Part shown: positions 14,470 through 24,799 of the stretch, in pieces
Position numbering within the stretch: position 1 is the first letter of the stretch
Layout: every line of letters begins with the position of its first letter
IMG/VR virus record: IMGVR_UViG_3300038334_000159
Coordinates: 1 to 30,809 of that record
Direction: 5' to 3' (one strand)
DNA: 30,809 nt
Source of the DNA: a virus
Lineage: Duplodnaviria > Caudoviricetes
Made by a program: the position numbers and the translations under genes
The notes under the pieces: generated by a model
What the model saw: the letters and a program-made list of their open reading frames with translations, nothing else
Told to the model about the DNA's origin: nothing
Databases searched by the model: none

Positions 14470-16159
14470 GCTAAACCGTCATGTGCTGGAATGGATCGAG
14501 ATCGTCGAAAAGGACACGATTGGCAACTGCGTCGAGCAGCAGCAGCTTGCGGCGTATATCCGCAAGTGTTTTGTACAGGAAGACATTTACACGGATGATG
14601 TCTTGCTTGAAAAGTATCTCCGGCAGGAGAAGTATTTCCCGTTCAATCTGATTCCGTGGGAAAAGTTCTGCATCGCGCTGCATCTCTGCACGTTCTGGTC
14701 AGAAAGCGGTTTGCCGCGATGGCCGGACTTATTCATGCTGCTGGGGCGTGGAGCGGGAAAAGACGCTTTCATTGCCTTTGAGGGATATTGCCTGTTGTCG
14801 CCGCACAGTGCGTTGCCGGAGTATGACGTGGATATCTGCGCGAACGTCGAAGAACAAGCATTGCGCCCGGTGCGAGATGTTGTGTCCGTACTCAACAACC
14901 CGCAAAACCGCGTGAAATTGAGTAAGTATTTCAACTGGACAGCGGAGCGGGTGACCGGGGCAAAGCTAAACGGAGTGATGCGCGGGCGCACAAAAAATCC
15001 GAGCAGCAAGGACGGAATGCGCAGCGGCATGGTCGTTTACAATGAGCTGCACCAGTATGAGAACTATGACAACATCAAGGTTTTTGCCACGAGCTTGGGA
15101 AAGAAAAAGCATCCTCGCAGGCTCTATGCGACAAGCCAAGGCGATGTCAGAGATGGCCCGCTGGATGATATGCTTGACCGCTCTGAGCAAATCCTAAAGG
15201 GCGAAATATCGGACAATGGGTTGCTGCCGTTTATCTGCCGACTGAACAATAAAGACCTCGTACATGACGAACGCTGCTGGTCGCAAGCGAATCCGACATT
15301 GCCATATGCGCCAACGCTTTTTGGGGTCATCAAGAAAGAATACATTGAGTGGTGCGCAAATCCGGGTGCGAATGCGGACTTCATGACAAAGCGAATGGGA
15401 CGGCCTCAGTCGGATGCGGTCTTGCCAGTAACGAAGTATGAGAACATCAAGGCAACGGCGTTTATCATCTCACCAAGCGGAGAGAAAACGCCTCGCGTAA
15501 TTCCTGACCTACGCGGGCGGTCATGCGTTGGTGGAATCGACTATACATTGCTCACGGACTTTGCGAGTGCAGACCTGCGGTTTTGGGTGGATGGGAACAA
15601 GGTTGACATCAACCATTCTTGGCTCTGCTTGCAATCGCGCGACCTGCATCGCATCAAGCCGGACTATAAAAAGTGGACGCAGCAAGGTCATATAACGCTT
15701 GTGGATGATGTCGAAATTCCCCCGGAATTGATTGCAACATGGTTCTACGATCATGCGCAGGACTACAACATCGTTGGCATCGCGGCAGATAATTTTCGTT
15801 ATGCGCTGCTGGCGACTGCGTTTCGCGAGATTGGTTTTGACGCGAAGGAGAAAAAGAACTTCAAGTGCATTCGACCATCTGACGTTATGATGGCAGCGCC
15901 GATCATCATAAGCGATTTTGAAAACAAACGCTTGATATGGGGAGACAACCCGCCGTTGCGATGGGCGACAAACAACGTGAAGTTGATGAGCCAAGCATCG
16001 CGCGGAGGCGTTGACACCGGGAATAAGTACTTTGCTAAGATCGAGGCGAAAAGCAGGAAAACAGATCCGTTCATGGCGATGGTAGCCGCCGCGACAATTG
16101 AAGACAAACTGGAACAGCCGGAACACACATTTGTTGATGTTCCGGCTGTTGTCTGGTAA
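14456..16159 (+). CDS. terL: Terminase large subunit
   Basis: Walker A GRGAGKD, Walker B-like VVYNELH, nuclease motifs GGID...DF and RKTDPFMA. Confidence 0.95.
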   Translation: MTTCELNRHVLEWIEIVEKDTIGNCVEQQQLAAYIRKCFVQEDIYTDDVLLEKYLRQEKYFPFNLIPWEKFCIALHLCTFWSESGLPRWPDLFMLLGRGAGKDAFIAFEGYCLLSPHSALPEYDVDICANVEEQALRPVRDVVSVLNNPQNRVKLSKYFNWTAERVTGAKLNGVMRGRTKNPSSKDGMRSGMVVYNELHQYENYDNIKVFATSLGKKKHPRRLYATSQGDVRDGPLDDMLDRSEQILKGEISDNGLLPFICRLNNKDLVHDERCWSQANPTLPYAPTLFGVIKKEYIEWCANPGANADFMTKRMGRPQSDAVLPVTKYENIKATAFIISPSGEKTPRVIPDLRGRSCVGGIDYTLLTDFASADLRFWVDGNKVDINHSWLCLQSRDLHRIKPDYKKWTQQGHITLVDDVEIPPELIATWFYDHAQDYNIVGIAADNFRYALLATAFREIGFDAKEKKNFKCIRPSDVMMAAPIIISDFENKRLIWGDNPPLRWATNNVKLMSQASRGGVDTGNKYFAKIEAKSRKTDPFMAMVAAATIEDKLEQPEHTFVDVPAVVW

Positions 16160-16172
16160 GGAGGACAAGGGA

Positions 16173-17354
16173 TTGAGCTTAATATCATGGATTGCCGAGA
16201 AGCTGGGGACAGCTTCGGTGCCACTTGCGCCGGATAGTAGTTTGATCGTCGAATACTACAGCATTTTCGGCGAGGTGTGTTTCCGAGAACTTGCATACGC
16301 GGCGGCGAAAAACCTAATTGCAAACAGCATCAGCAAATGCGAGTTTAGAACAATGCTGCGCGGCGAAGAGGTGAAACAGGACGAGTATTATCTCTGGAAT
16401 GTGGAGCCGAACAAAAACGAAAACAGCAGCAGATTTCTACGCAAGATCGTTAATCGCCTTTGCGACAATAACGAATGCCTTGTGATAGAGCAAGGCGGTC
16501 AACTGCTGGTTGCGGACAGCTTTTACAAGCAAGATTACACGCTGTATGAAGATGTTTTCTCGCAGGTGACAGTTGGAGAGCTTACGTTTGGCCGACAATA
16601 CAGGCAGCATGAGGTGCTGTACTGGAAGTTGTCGGACAAGAACGTCAAACAAGCACTGGAAGCGTTGAACGGGTCGTACTCCAAAATGCTGGCATATGCA
16701 ATGCAAGCCTATCAGCGGTCGCGCGGGACAAAAGCGACGGTTGATTACGAATCGATCCCACCTAACGTTGTAAAAAGCGGCGCAGACGAGAATCAATGGA
16801 TTCTAGCACAAGCAGCAAAGTACAAGACGTTTTTGGAGGCGGACAACGCTATTATGCCGCAAGGTAAGGGCGTAAAAATCAACGCTTTCAACAAGGGTTC
16901 GACAGCGAATGAGACAACGCGGGATATTCGTGAAATGATTGGTGACATTTTTGATTTCACCGCGCTTGCGTTTGGAATCCCGCCTGTCCTTATGCGTGGT
17001 GATGTTCAGGGGACGAGCGACGCGACGGACAACCTGTTGACGTTTGGTGTTGACCCTTGGACGGATATGTTGCGCGAAGAGATCGTCCGCAAGCGGATTG
17101 GTAAAGAGGAACATTTGATGGGGACAGATTTGATAATCGATGCGAGCCAGGTTAAACACATCGACATCATGTCTTCCTCGACGCAGATTGACAAACTCAT
17201 TGGGTCTGGCGCGTTTAGCGTGAACGATATTCTCAGAATGTTCGGAAGACCGACAATCAAAGAGCCTTGGGCAGACCAACACTACATCACAAAGAATTAC
17301 GCGCTGATCGAGGAAGTATTAAAGGCGCTTACGGGAGGAGGTGAGAACAAATGA
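16173..17354 (+). CDS. Portal protein (HK97 family)
   Basis: TTG start after AGGAGG. WNVEPNKNENSSRF, AFGIPP and SVNDIL motifs. Follows terL. Confidence 0.93.
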   Translation: MSLISWIAEKLGTASVPLAPDSSLIVEYYSIFGEVCFRELAYAAAKNLIANSISKCEFRTMLRGEEVKQDEYYLWNVEPNKNENSSRFLRKIVNRLCDNNECLVIEQGGQLLVADSFYKQDYTLYEDVFSQVTVGELTFGRQYRQHEVLYWKLSDKNVKQALEALNGSYSKMLAYAMQAYQRSRGTKATVDYESIPPNVVKSGADENQWILAQAAKYKTFLEADNAIMPQGKGVKINAFNKGSTANETTRDIREMIGDIFDFTALAFGIPPVLMRGDVQGTSDATDNLLTFGVDPWTDMLREEIVRKRIGKEEHLMGTDLIIDASQVKHIDIMSSSTQIDKLIGSGAFSVNDILRMFGRPTIKEPWADQHYITKNYALIEEVLKALTGGGENK

Positions 17355-18181
17355 GTGAAAAGCCACAGAAGTTTTACTCAATGGCGGTGAGGGGGCGCGA
17401 AGCAGATATTTATATCTTTGGAAGCATCCTTACGCCAGACTGGGTCGCGTTTGATCGCATGTTTGGTGTTGAAGCAAGCCGTTCGGGATACGACATCATT
17501 ACGGAGATTCGCGACCTCGACGTTGATGTCATAAACGTACACGTCAATAGCCCCGGCGGGCACGTGTCGGAAGGACTCGCAATTCACAACGAACTCGAAG
17601 CACATAAAGCGGAGATCGTAACGATTACACCCGGCTTTGCGTGTTCGGCGGCGGCGGTTGTCTTCATGGCGGGGAAAATTAGAAAGATGTACAAAGCATC
17701 GCTCCTAATGATCCATAACGCATGGGGCGGAGGAGCCGGAAACGCAAAAGAACACAGAAAGTGTGCGGATGATCTGGATACTATCAGCGCAACGGCAGCT
17801 CAAACATTCAGAGCGAAAATCAAATTACCTGATGCCGAGCTTGACCGTTTGCTTGACAACGAAACTTGGATCAATCCGACAGATGCTGTTAAATGGGGAT
17901 TCGCAACCGAGATCGTGGAGGCGGAGAAAGACGAGAGACCAGCCGCAAGCGCAATGGACGCGATTGTGCGGACTCTGACAGCGCCGCAGGTAGAACACGA
18001 AACGACCGATGACAAGCTGGAACAGCTGATTAAAGACGTGGCCGCCATCAAGGCGGCTGTTTCTTTGCCCGGACAGCAGCCAAAGCAGGAACCGAAACAG
18101 GAGCCTGCGCAGGAAAAGAACATCGAGAACAGACCTATGACATTTTTCAATGCCCTACTGGGCGGGAAGGAAGAAAAGTAA
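17351..18181 (+). CDS. ClpP-like prohead protease
   Basis: VHVNSPGG, ACSAAAVVFMAG (catalytic S), LMIHNAW (H), ETWINPTDAVKWGFA. Confidence 0.93.
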   Translation: MSEKPQKFYSMAVRGREADIYIFGSILTPDWVAFDRMFGVEASRSGYDIITEIRDLDVDVINVHVNSPGGHVSEGLAIHNELEAHKAEIVTITPGFACSAAAVVFMAGKIRKMYKASLLMIHNAWGGGAGNAKEHRKCADDLDTISATAAQTFRAKIKLPDAELDRLLDNETWINPTDAVKWGFATEIVEAEKDERPAASAMDAIVRTLTAPQVEHETTDDKLEQLIKDVAAIKAAVSLPGQQPKQEPKQEPAQEKNIENRPMTFFNALLGGKEEK

Positions 18182-18182
18182 C

Positions 18183-19385
18183 ATGAAAAACCTCGACATC
18201 CTGAAACAGGAACATCAGGCAATCGTCCAGAAAATGCAGGCGGCGTTCGCATCCGGTGACACGGAGGCGTTTTCTGCTGCGTGGGGCGACTTTGCAAACG
18301 CGATCATGGAAAGCGTCATCAAGGAAGCAACCGGCCTCATCGGCGTGAACGATTCCGCAGTGCTCGCGCAGCGCGGCGTGCGGCAGCTCACCAGCGAAGA
18401 GCGCAAGTACTATGAGGCGTTGATCGGCGCAATGAAGAGCGGCACGCCGCAGCAGAGCATTTCCAACCTCGACGTTGTTATGCCGAAGACCGTCGTTGAG
18501 AGCGTCTTCGAAGACTTGGTATCGGAACATCCGCTGCTGGATGCTATCGACTTTGTCAATGCCGGAGCGGTCACCGAGTGGCTGCTCAACGACAATTCCA
18601 AAGACCTTGCATCTTGGGCGCCGCTCAGTGCAGAGATCGTGAAAGAACTCACGTCCGGGTTCCGAAAGATCGATCTTGCGCAAAACAAGCTGTCGGCATT
18701 CCTGCTGGTCAGCAAAGCCATGCTCGATCTCGGGCCGGAATGGCTGGATCGATACGTGCGCGCGGTGCTGTCCGAAGCGCTTTACTTCGGCCTTGAAGAC
18801 GGCATTATCAACGGCAGAGGACAAACCATCAATCTGCATGAGCCGATTGGTGCGAGAAAGAATCTCGCTGGTGCTGTTGATCCCGCAACAGGCTACCCCG
18901 ACAAAGAGAAAGTCGTGGTCAACTCGCTTGATCCTGTAACCTATGGCGCGTTGCTGGCCACGATGGCTCAGACTCCGGGCGGCGGGTTCCGCGTGGTGAA
19001 ACGGGCGATTCTCGTTGTGAACCCCGCAGACTATCTGCAAAAGGTTATGCCTGCAACGACCGTTCGTGCGGCTGATGGAACGTACAGAAACGATGTTCTG
19101 CCGTACCCGACCATCATCATTCCGTCCGCGCAGATTGCCGCGAATGAAGCTCTTCTCGGCATCGAGAAACGGTACTTCATGGTTGCTGGTACTGGCAAGT
19201 CCGGCAAGATTGAGTACGATGACTCGTATAAGTTCCTCGAAGACGAGCGCGCCTATGTCGTGAAGTTCTACGGTCACGGCCAGCCAAAAGACAACACGTC
19301 TTTCCAGCTGCTTGACATCACCAACCTCAAGCCCACCGTGGCTCAGGTTGAGGTCATCAACCTCGACGAAGTGCCCGTGGCGTAA
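18183..19385 (+). CDS. Major capsid protein (HK97 fold)
   Basis: ~400 aa with an N-terminal helical delta-like region, VSKAMLDLGPEWLDRYV and EDGIINGRG. Follows the protease. Confidence 0.94.
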   Translation: MKNLDILKQEHQAIVQKMQAAFASGDTEAFSAAWGDFANAIMESVIKEATGLIGVNDSAVLAQRGVRQLTSEERKYYEALIGAMKSGTPQQSISNLDVVMPKTVVESVFEDLVSEHPLLDAIDFVNAGAVTEWLLNDNSKDLASWAPLSAEIVKELTSGFRKIDLAQNKLSAFLLVSKAMLDLGPEWLDRYVRAVLSEALYFGLEDGIINGRGQTINLHEPIGARKNLAGAVDPATGYPDKEKVVVNSLDPVTYGALLATMAQTPGGGFRVVKRAILVVNPADYLQKVMPATTVRAADGTYRNDVLPYPTIIIPSAQIAANEALLGIEKRYFMVAGTGKSGKIEYDDSYKFLEDERAYVVKFYGHGQPKDNTSFQLLDITNLKPTVAQVEVINLDEVPVA

Positions 19386-19396
19386 GGTGACGCGCT

Positions 19397-19777
19397 ATGG
19401 CTAAAAAGACAGAATTGATGGCAAGAGTGCTGTCCCCTTTTCGGGACAAGTACACTGGCGAAATTCGCAAGCGTGGAAGTGTATTTCCGGCTGACGAGAA
19501 GCGCGTGAAGGAGATCAACGCCGGGCGTACAAAGCCGCTGGTGGAGATCGCAGAAGCAAAGGACGCAGAAAGCGCGCAGACCGCGGCTACCGCGCCTGCT
19601 GTGCAACCGGAACAGAACGACGCGGGCGGCGAGAAATCGCCGCCTGTAGCGTCCTCGGAACCCGAAGAAGGAGCGACTGTCGCAGATGGCGGCGCGGGCT
19701 GCGTGCAGGCGGGAGAACCCGCGTCCGCGCCCGATACGGCAAAGCCGGACACGAAGGGCAAAGACAAAGGCAAGTAG
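19397..19777 (+). CDS. Hypothetical head-associated protein with low-complexity C-tail
   Basis: ARVLSPFRDKYTGEIRKRGSVF N-domain, typical of small post-capsid genes, and an A/P/E-rich tail. Confidence 0.65.
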   Translation: MAKKTELMARVLSPFRDKYTGEIRKRGSVFPADEKRVKEINAGRTKPLVEIAEAKDAESAQTAATAPAVQPEQNDAGGEKSPPVASSEPEEGATVADGGAGCVQAGEPASAPDTAKPDTKGKDKGK

Positions 19778-19789
19778 GAGGGATAAACA

Positions 19790-20086
19790 ATGGCATTACC
19801 AGAGGGATTGCTTGAGGCGGCGAAAAACAACCTGTCCATAACGTGGAATGATCCAGACACAGAAACGAATCTGACGGGGATTCTCGAAAGAGGGATTGTG
19901 TATTTAGATCGTATTGCCGGAGCCGCACAGGTTTACACGGTCGAAGGTGATGCCCGCGCTTTACTCTTTGACTATGCCAGGTATGCACGTTCTGACGCGT
20001 TGTCGGAGTTTGCGAAGAACTATCTGCATGAACTGCTTGCACTCCAGATCAACACGACAATCCCACCGACAGTAGAGGAGGGATAG
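19790..20086 (+). CDS. Head-tail connector (gp6-like adaptor)
   Basis: LLEAAKNNLSITWND...LLFDYARY...F.KNY, plus synteny. Confidence 0.8.
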   Translation: MALPEGLLEAAKNNLSITWNDPDTETNLTGILERGIVYLDRIAGAAQVYTVEGDARALLFDYARYARSDALSEFAKNYLHELLALQINTTIPPTVEEG

Positions 20087-20087
20087 C

Positions 20088-20429
20088 ATGATTCAAAATC
20101 CTCTGAAACTGCAAACGTACAATGACGGCCTCGTAGACATCTACGAGGCCGTTTCGCCGCGCAAGATCGCGGTAGCACCAAAGATCAAGCTGCGTTTTGA
20201 AGACCGCACCATTGGCGTGACGCGCCACTACGCGGCGCAGCAGGCGAATGCAAAGATTGCGCATGTGCTGCGCTGTCCGCGCATCAAAACCGTTTCCACG
20301 CAGGATATCGCGGTGCTGGCCGGTCATCAGTACAACATTACGTTCATCCAATACCCGAAGGATGTAACTCCACTGTCGATGGATTTAACGCTGGAGGAGG
20401 TGCGCGGGAACTATGCTGCCGACAATTAA
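20088..20429 (+). CDS. Head closure / head-tail adaptor protein
   Basis: TYNDG.V.I...YNITFIQ...MDLTLE, plus synteny. Confidence 0.75.
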   Translation: MIQNPLKLQTYNDGLVDIYEAVSPRKIAVAPKIKLRFEDRTIGVTRHYAAQQANAKIAHVLRCPRIKTVSTQDIAVLAGHQYNITFIQYPKDVTPLSMDLTLEEVRGNYAADN

Positions 20430-20775
20430 CCAAGCGTTAGAGGCACTTGATACCGTGCTCAAATCGTTGCCGGGGATGTCCGAGAAGGTGGATCACATCG
20501 AGGCGTTTGAGCAAGAGGAAAACTACATCGTTTGGCAGGAGGACGGGCAAGCTGGTGACACCGATGAGGCGGATAACGCCGCAATTCGGCAAACGATAAC
20601 CGGGACGGTCGATTATTACACGAAAACAGAGTTTGACACGATGGTAAGCGCCATTCAGAAAGCAATGACGGATGGAAAAATATCGTGGGAACTCAATAGC
20701 ATCCAGCACGAGACGGATACGGGCTATTCACATTACGAATGGACGTTTGAGCTGGAGGTAGACCCTCATGGCTAA
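20413..20775 (+). CDS. Probable tail terminator / completion protein
   Basis: Acidic 120 aa, VDYYTKTEFD...ETDTGYSHYEWTF, plus synteny. Confidence 0.65.
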   Translation: MLPTINQALEALDTVLKSLPGMSEKVDHIEAFEQEENYIVWQEDGQAGDTDEADNAAIRQTITGTVDYYTKTEFDTMVSAIQKAMTDGKISWELNSIQHETDTGYSHYEWTFELEVDPHG

Positions 20776-21259
20776 CGTCACATTTCGCGCATCGGAAGAA
20801 TATGAACTTCGGTTGTCCAGACTTGCGAATGAATCGCCAAACGTCATCACGGCGGCGATCTATGCCGGGGCGCGTGTCATCGCAGACGCGATAAAGGCAG
20901 CACTGAATGCGCTGCCAACCGACAAGTTTCGCTATCTGCGCAACGGCGACAAGTACAAAGGTTTGACGGAGGATGAGAAGCGGGATCTTCAAGAATCGTT
21001 TGGCATCACTCCGATCCGTAAGGGCAGTGATGGAAACTGGAGCGCAAAAGTGGGATTCGACGGATACGGATCAACACGAACGCCGAAATACCCGAAAGGT
21101 GTTCCAAATCAGCTCATCGCAAGAGCTGCCGAGAGCGGTTCGACGGTGCGTGAAAAAACGCCGTTTGTTCGAACATCGGTTAACCGGGTGAAAGGAGCCG
21201 CGCAAGCGGCCATGGAAGAAGCCGGAGAAGCGGAAATCAGAAAAATATTTGAGCCTTAA
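20768..21259 (+). CDS. HK97 gp10-like tail component
   Basis: AIYAGARVIADAIK...ESGST...PFVR pattern. Confidence 0.75.
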   Translation: MANVTFRASEEYELRLSRLANESPNVITAAIYAGARVIADAIKAALNALPTDKFRYLRNGDKYKGLTEDEKRDLQESFGITPIRKGSDGNWSAKVGFDGYGSTRTPKYPKGVPNQLIARAAESGSTVREKTPFVRTSVNRVKGAAQAAMEEAGEAEIRKIFEP

Positions 21260-21277
21260 ACGAGGCGGGAGGATTTT

Positions 21278-21847
21278 ATGCCGGATAACAAGACTTTCTT
21301 TGGATTGAGCAGGTGCGGTATCGCACCGAAAACCGTTGCAGCTGGCGTTGTTTCCTATGGTGCGATTATTCCCATTCCGGGAGCGGTTGAGTTCAAAGCA
21401 ACGCCGAAGGGTGACATTCAGACCTACGAAGGAGACAACACGGACTATCTCGTGGTGGACAAGAGCGAAGGTTACGACTGCGAAGCGAAGTTCTTCAACG
21501 TTTCTGAGGAGGTCGTAAAGACCTACTTCGGCCAGAAGGAGGACGTGAACGGAGTCGGCGCGGAATTCGCCGGGGCAACATTCCCTGAATTCGCTTTCCT
21601 TGGTCAGATGGAGGGCGACGCTTATAACCGCAGATTCACGATGATGGATTGCGTGATGAGCAAGCGAATCAGCATCGAGACCAAAACGGCGAAGGGGAAA
21701 GAACCCAACTATGTGCTGGTTAGCTTTGCAGCTCGTCCGCGACCGACTGACGGGCTGGTCAGGCTATTCACAAAAGCGGCAACCGACGCTGTTGTGTATG
21801 GGAACTGGTTCACCACGGTACAGGACTACGTTGAAGTCGTAGGGTGA
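21278..21847 (+). CDS. Major tail protein (phi13-like)
   Basis: NKTFFGLS...IPGAV...GDNTDY...FAFLGQMEGD, plus synteny. Confidence 0.85.
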   Translation: MPDNKTFFGLSRCGIAPKTVAAGVVSYGAIIPIPGAVEFKATPKGDIQTYEGDNTDYLVVDKSEGYDCEAKFFNVSEEVVKTYFGQKEDVNGVGAEFAGATFPEFAFLGQMEGDAYNRRFTMMDCVMSKRISIETKTAKGKEPNYVLVSFAARPRPTDGLVRLFTKAATDAVVYGNWFTTVQDYVEVVG

Positions 21848-21852
21848 GGATT

Positions 21853-22260
21853 ATGAGCAAGATTATTAATATTGCTGGCCGGGACGTGGGGTTTGATGCC
21901 CCCGCGTCCCTTCCTGTTCGTTACAGGAATATGACGACGCGAGATTTCTTTGTGGATATGCAAACACTGTCTGAATCGACTGATTCCGTAAAGAAACCCA
22001 AAAAACTCTTTGGGAAAGCAGCCGAGAAAGAAGAAGCCGCAGAAGAGATGCGTATCAATGAGAAATGGGATACCACAATTCTGTTTAACATTGTGCATGC
22101 TATGGCGAAAGCTGCCGATCCGACTATTACATCGGACTTGATTGATTGGGTTGACTCGTTCGAAGAGTTTCCGATCTTCCAGATATTCGCGGAGATTCAG
22201 CCGCTTCTTGTGAAGAGTATGCAAACCACAAAAAAGTCCACAGCGGCGGTGATGGGCTAG
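21853..22260 (+). CDS. Tail assembly chaperone (gpG-like)
   Basis: Lies between major tail and tape measure. Slippery A-AAA-AAG near its 3' end. Confidence 0.8.
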   Translation: MSKIINIAGRDVGFDAPASLPVRYRNMTTRDFFVDMQTLSESTDSVKKPKKLFGKAAEKEEAAEEMRINEKWDTTILFNIVHAMAKAADPTITSDLIDWVDSFEEFPIFQIFAEIQPLLVKSMQTTKKSTAAVMG

Positions 22261-22418
22261 ACTCAATCGAGTATCTTCTTGTCGCGAAGAGACTCGGTTT
22301 CACCGTCGCTGACCTTGACGATATATCGATTGGAACCTTCTGCGATGTATGCGCGGAGAGTTCGGGCGAAGTAGTCAAAGAAGCGACGCAAGCGGACATT
22401 GACAAATTTTACGCATAA
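22230..22418 (+). CDS. -1 frameshift extension of the tail chaperone (gpT-like, absent from the ORF track)
   Basis: The -1 frame from AAAAAAG (22230-22236) is open to TAA at 22416-22418 and reads ...VHSGGDGLDSIEYLL...KEATQADIDKFYA. Confidence 0.8.
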   Translation, partial: KKVHSGGDGLDSIEYLLVAKRLGFTVADLDDISIGTFCDVCAESSGEVVKEATQADIDKFYA

Positions 22419-22432
22419 GGAGGCTCGAAAAA

Positions 22433-24799
22433 ATGGGGTTTAATATCGGGCCGACTATCTCGGTCAAAGGCGAAGCTGAATACATTTCGGCTATGAAAAA
22501 TATCAAAGCAAACATGAAATTAATCGCCTCCGAAGCGAACGTCATGACGGCAAATTTCAAAGGCAACGAGAGTTCGGTGCAAGCTCTCACCGCGAAAGGG
22601 AAAGTCCTCAACGAAGCGTTGAAAACGCAAAAGGCGGCTGTCAAAGAGGCAGAGGACGCGCTGCAACGCATGAAGAAATCGGGCGTTGATCCGTCATCGC
22701 AAGCCTATACGGCCATGCAAACAAACCTTAACAACGCAAAGGCTGCTATGATCTCAACGACAAAAGAGATCAAAGACAACGAATCCGCCATGAAGAGCGG
22801 TGGGAAAGAAACAGGGAATTTCTCGCAGCACCTAAAGGACTTCGCGCACGCGGCAGGAACCGTCGCGCTTGGAGCAGCGAAAGCGTTTGCAGTTGGTATT
22901 GGAGCGATTGCAACGGCGGTTACTGCTGTTGCAATCGCTGGTCTGAAAGTCGCATTCAACTATAACAAAGAAATGGAGTCCTTCACTTCGGACTTCAAGG
23001 TCATGCTGGGAAGCCAAGAGGAGGCCGTGACCAAGGTCAATGAGTTGAAAGCAATGGCAGCATCAACCCCGTTTGAAATGTCCGACCTTGCAGCGGGAAC
23101 CAAAACGATGCTGGCATTTGGGGCGACGAGCGCAAACAGCTTGAAATACATCCAAATGACAGGGGACATCTCTCTTGGAAACGCAGAGAAGTTTCAGCGA
23201 TTGAACAACGCGTTTGGTAAATCGCTCAGTCTTGGGAAGTTGACGGGCGAGACATACCAGCAAATGGTTGAGGCGGGATTTAACCCGCTGGCCGTCATCT
23301 CCGAAAAAACGGGCGAGACCATGGAACAGCTGCAAAAGCGCATGAGTAAGGGTAAAATTTCCGCCGAAGAGCTTGCAGGCGCTATGGATACTGCAACGTC
23401 TGAGGGCGGGAAATTCTATAAAGGCATGGAAGAAGCGTCGAAAACAACAGACGGACTCATTTCGACGTTGAAAGACAATGCCAGAGCATTTGTTGGCGAT
23501 GTGATGAAACCAATCACCGAAACGATACGAACGGAGATTCTGCCAGCAGCCATCAGCTATGTTGGAAGATTGCAGGAAGCGTTCAACGAGGACGGATTGA
23601 GCGGCGTTGCTGACGAATTCGGGAAAATTTTCAGCGAGGTTGCACAGTCCGTTGCGGACGCTATCCCTGGTATCGCAGACGGAATTGCAAAGGGCGCGCC
23701 CATTCTCATCAATGCGGTATCCGGCATCATTTCATCGCTTGTTTCAACGATTACAAGTGTGCTGCCAACAGTTCTGCCAACATTGGGAACTGCGGCGATC
23801 ACGCTTATGACTGGCTTGCTTCAAACAATCCAACAGAACGCCGCGCCGATCAGCGAGGCGGTTGTGCAAATCATCATGATGTTCGTCCTGTTTTTAACGG
23901 ACAACATGCCTATGATCGTAGAGACAGGCATGACGATATTGCTCGCTGTGTCGCAAGGCATACTGGACAATATACCATCGCTCATCCCGGCTATCGTTGA
24001 GATGATAACGGGAATCGCGCTTGCGATCACAGAGCCGAATACGCTTGCGCAGCTGGCCGTTGCGTCGCTCGATATCATCATTGCGGTTGCACAGGGTCTC
24101 TTGAACGCTCTTCCGCAATTGCTCGAAGCAGCTCTGCAAATTGTTGTGAATCTCGCGTTAGCATTCGGGCAGGCAGCCCCTCAACTGTGGGACAAAGGAA
24201 AAGAATTTATCGTTCAGATGGGAGAGGGAATTTGGGCGCAATTATCTACGCTGTTTACTCAAATTGGCGGTTGGGTAGATACCAACATTGTGCAGCCAGT
24301 CAAAGGCAAGCTGGAAGAATTTCGCAACATCGGCAAAGACCTTATTACGGGCATTTGGAACGGCATAAATGATAAAGTCGCTTGGTTGAAACAGCAAGTG
24401 AAAGGCGTTGTTGATAAAATTAAGAGCTGGTTCACAGGCAAGGATGGATTTGACGAGCATTCGCCATCTCTATGGGGCAAAGGCGTAGGTGCTTATCTGT
24501 TTGAAGGTGTAGGGCTTGGCGCGGAGAGTGCATTGCCGAATGTTCTTGCGACTATGGGAAATTCAATTAAGCGCATCAAGCAAACCATATCGTCGGGCAT
24601 GGCAACCGCCTTGGATTTCACCATGAATGCAGTGGGAAGCGTCGGAATGAACGCGTCTGCGAGCGGAAGTGCTGCTACTGCCGCTGCCCCCGCACCTAAC
24701 TACATATTCCAAATCTATGCAAAGGACAAAGACACTGCGATTGAAGTAGCGGACGAGACGGTTGCAATGTTGCAAACTGCAAGGTGGGTGACACCATGA
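22433..24799 (+). CDS. Tape measure protein
   Basis: 788 aa, Ala-rich and helical. AASTPF tape-measure domain, amphipathic repeats, HSPS motif. Confidence 0.94.
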   Translation: MGFNIGPTISVKGEAEYISAMKNIKANMKLIASEANVMTANFKGNESSVQALTAKGKVLNEALKTQKAAVKEAEDALQRMKKSGVDPSSQAYTAMQTNLNNAKAAMISTTKEIKDNESAMKSGGKETGNFSQHLKDFAHAAGTVALGAAKAFAVGIGAIATAVTAVAIAGLKVAFNYNKEMESFTSDFKVMLGSQEEAVTKVNELKAMAASTPFEMSDLAAGTKTMLAFGATSANSLKYIQMTGDISLGNAEKFQRLNNAFGKSLSLGKLTGETYQQMVEAGFNPLAVISEKTGETMEQLQKRMSKGKISAEELAGAMDTATSEGGKFYKGMEEASKTTDGLISTLKDNARAFVGDVMKPITETIRTEILPAAISYVGRLQEAFNEDGLSGVADEFGKIFSEVAQSVADAIPGIADGIAKGAPILINAVSGIISSLVSTITSVLPTVLPTLGTAAITLMTGLLQTIQQNAAPISEAVVQIIMMFVLFLTDNMPMIVETGMTILLAVSQGILDNIPSLIPAIVEMITGIALAITEPNTLAQLAVASLDIIIAVAQGLLNALPQLLEAALQIVVNLALAFGQAAPQLWDKGKEFIVQMGEGIWAQLSTLFTQIGGWVDTNIVQPVKGKLEEFRNIGKDLITGIWNGINDKVAWLKQQVKGVVDKIKSWFTGKDGFDEHSPSLWGKGVGAYLFEGVGLGAESALPNVLATMGNSIKRIKQTISSGMATALDFTMNAVGSVGMNASASGSAATAAAPAPNYIFQIYAKDKDTAIEVADETVAMLQTARWVTP

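Noticed and set aside
18147-19277. 376-aa - strand ORF
   Set aside because: Antisense shadow of the major capsid gene, explained by codon bias.
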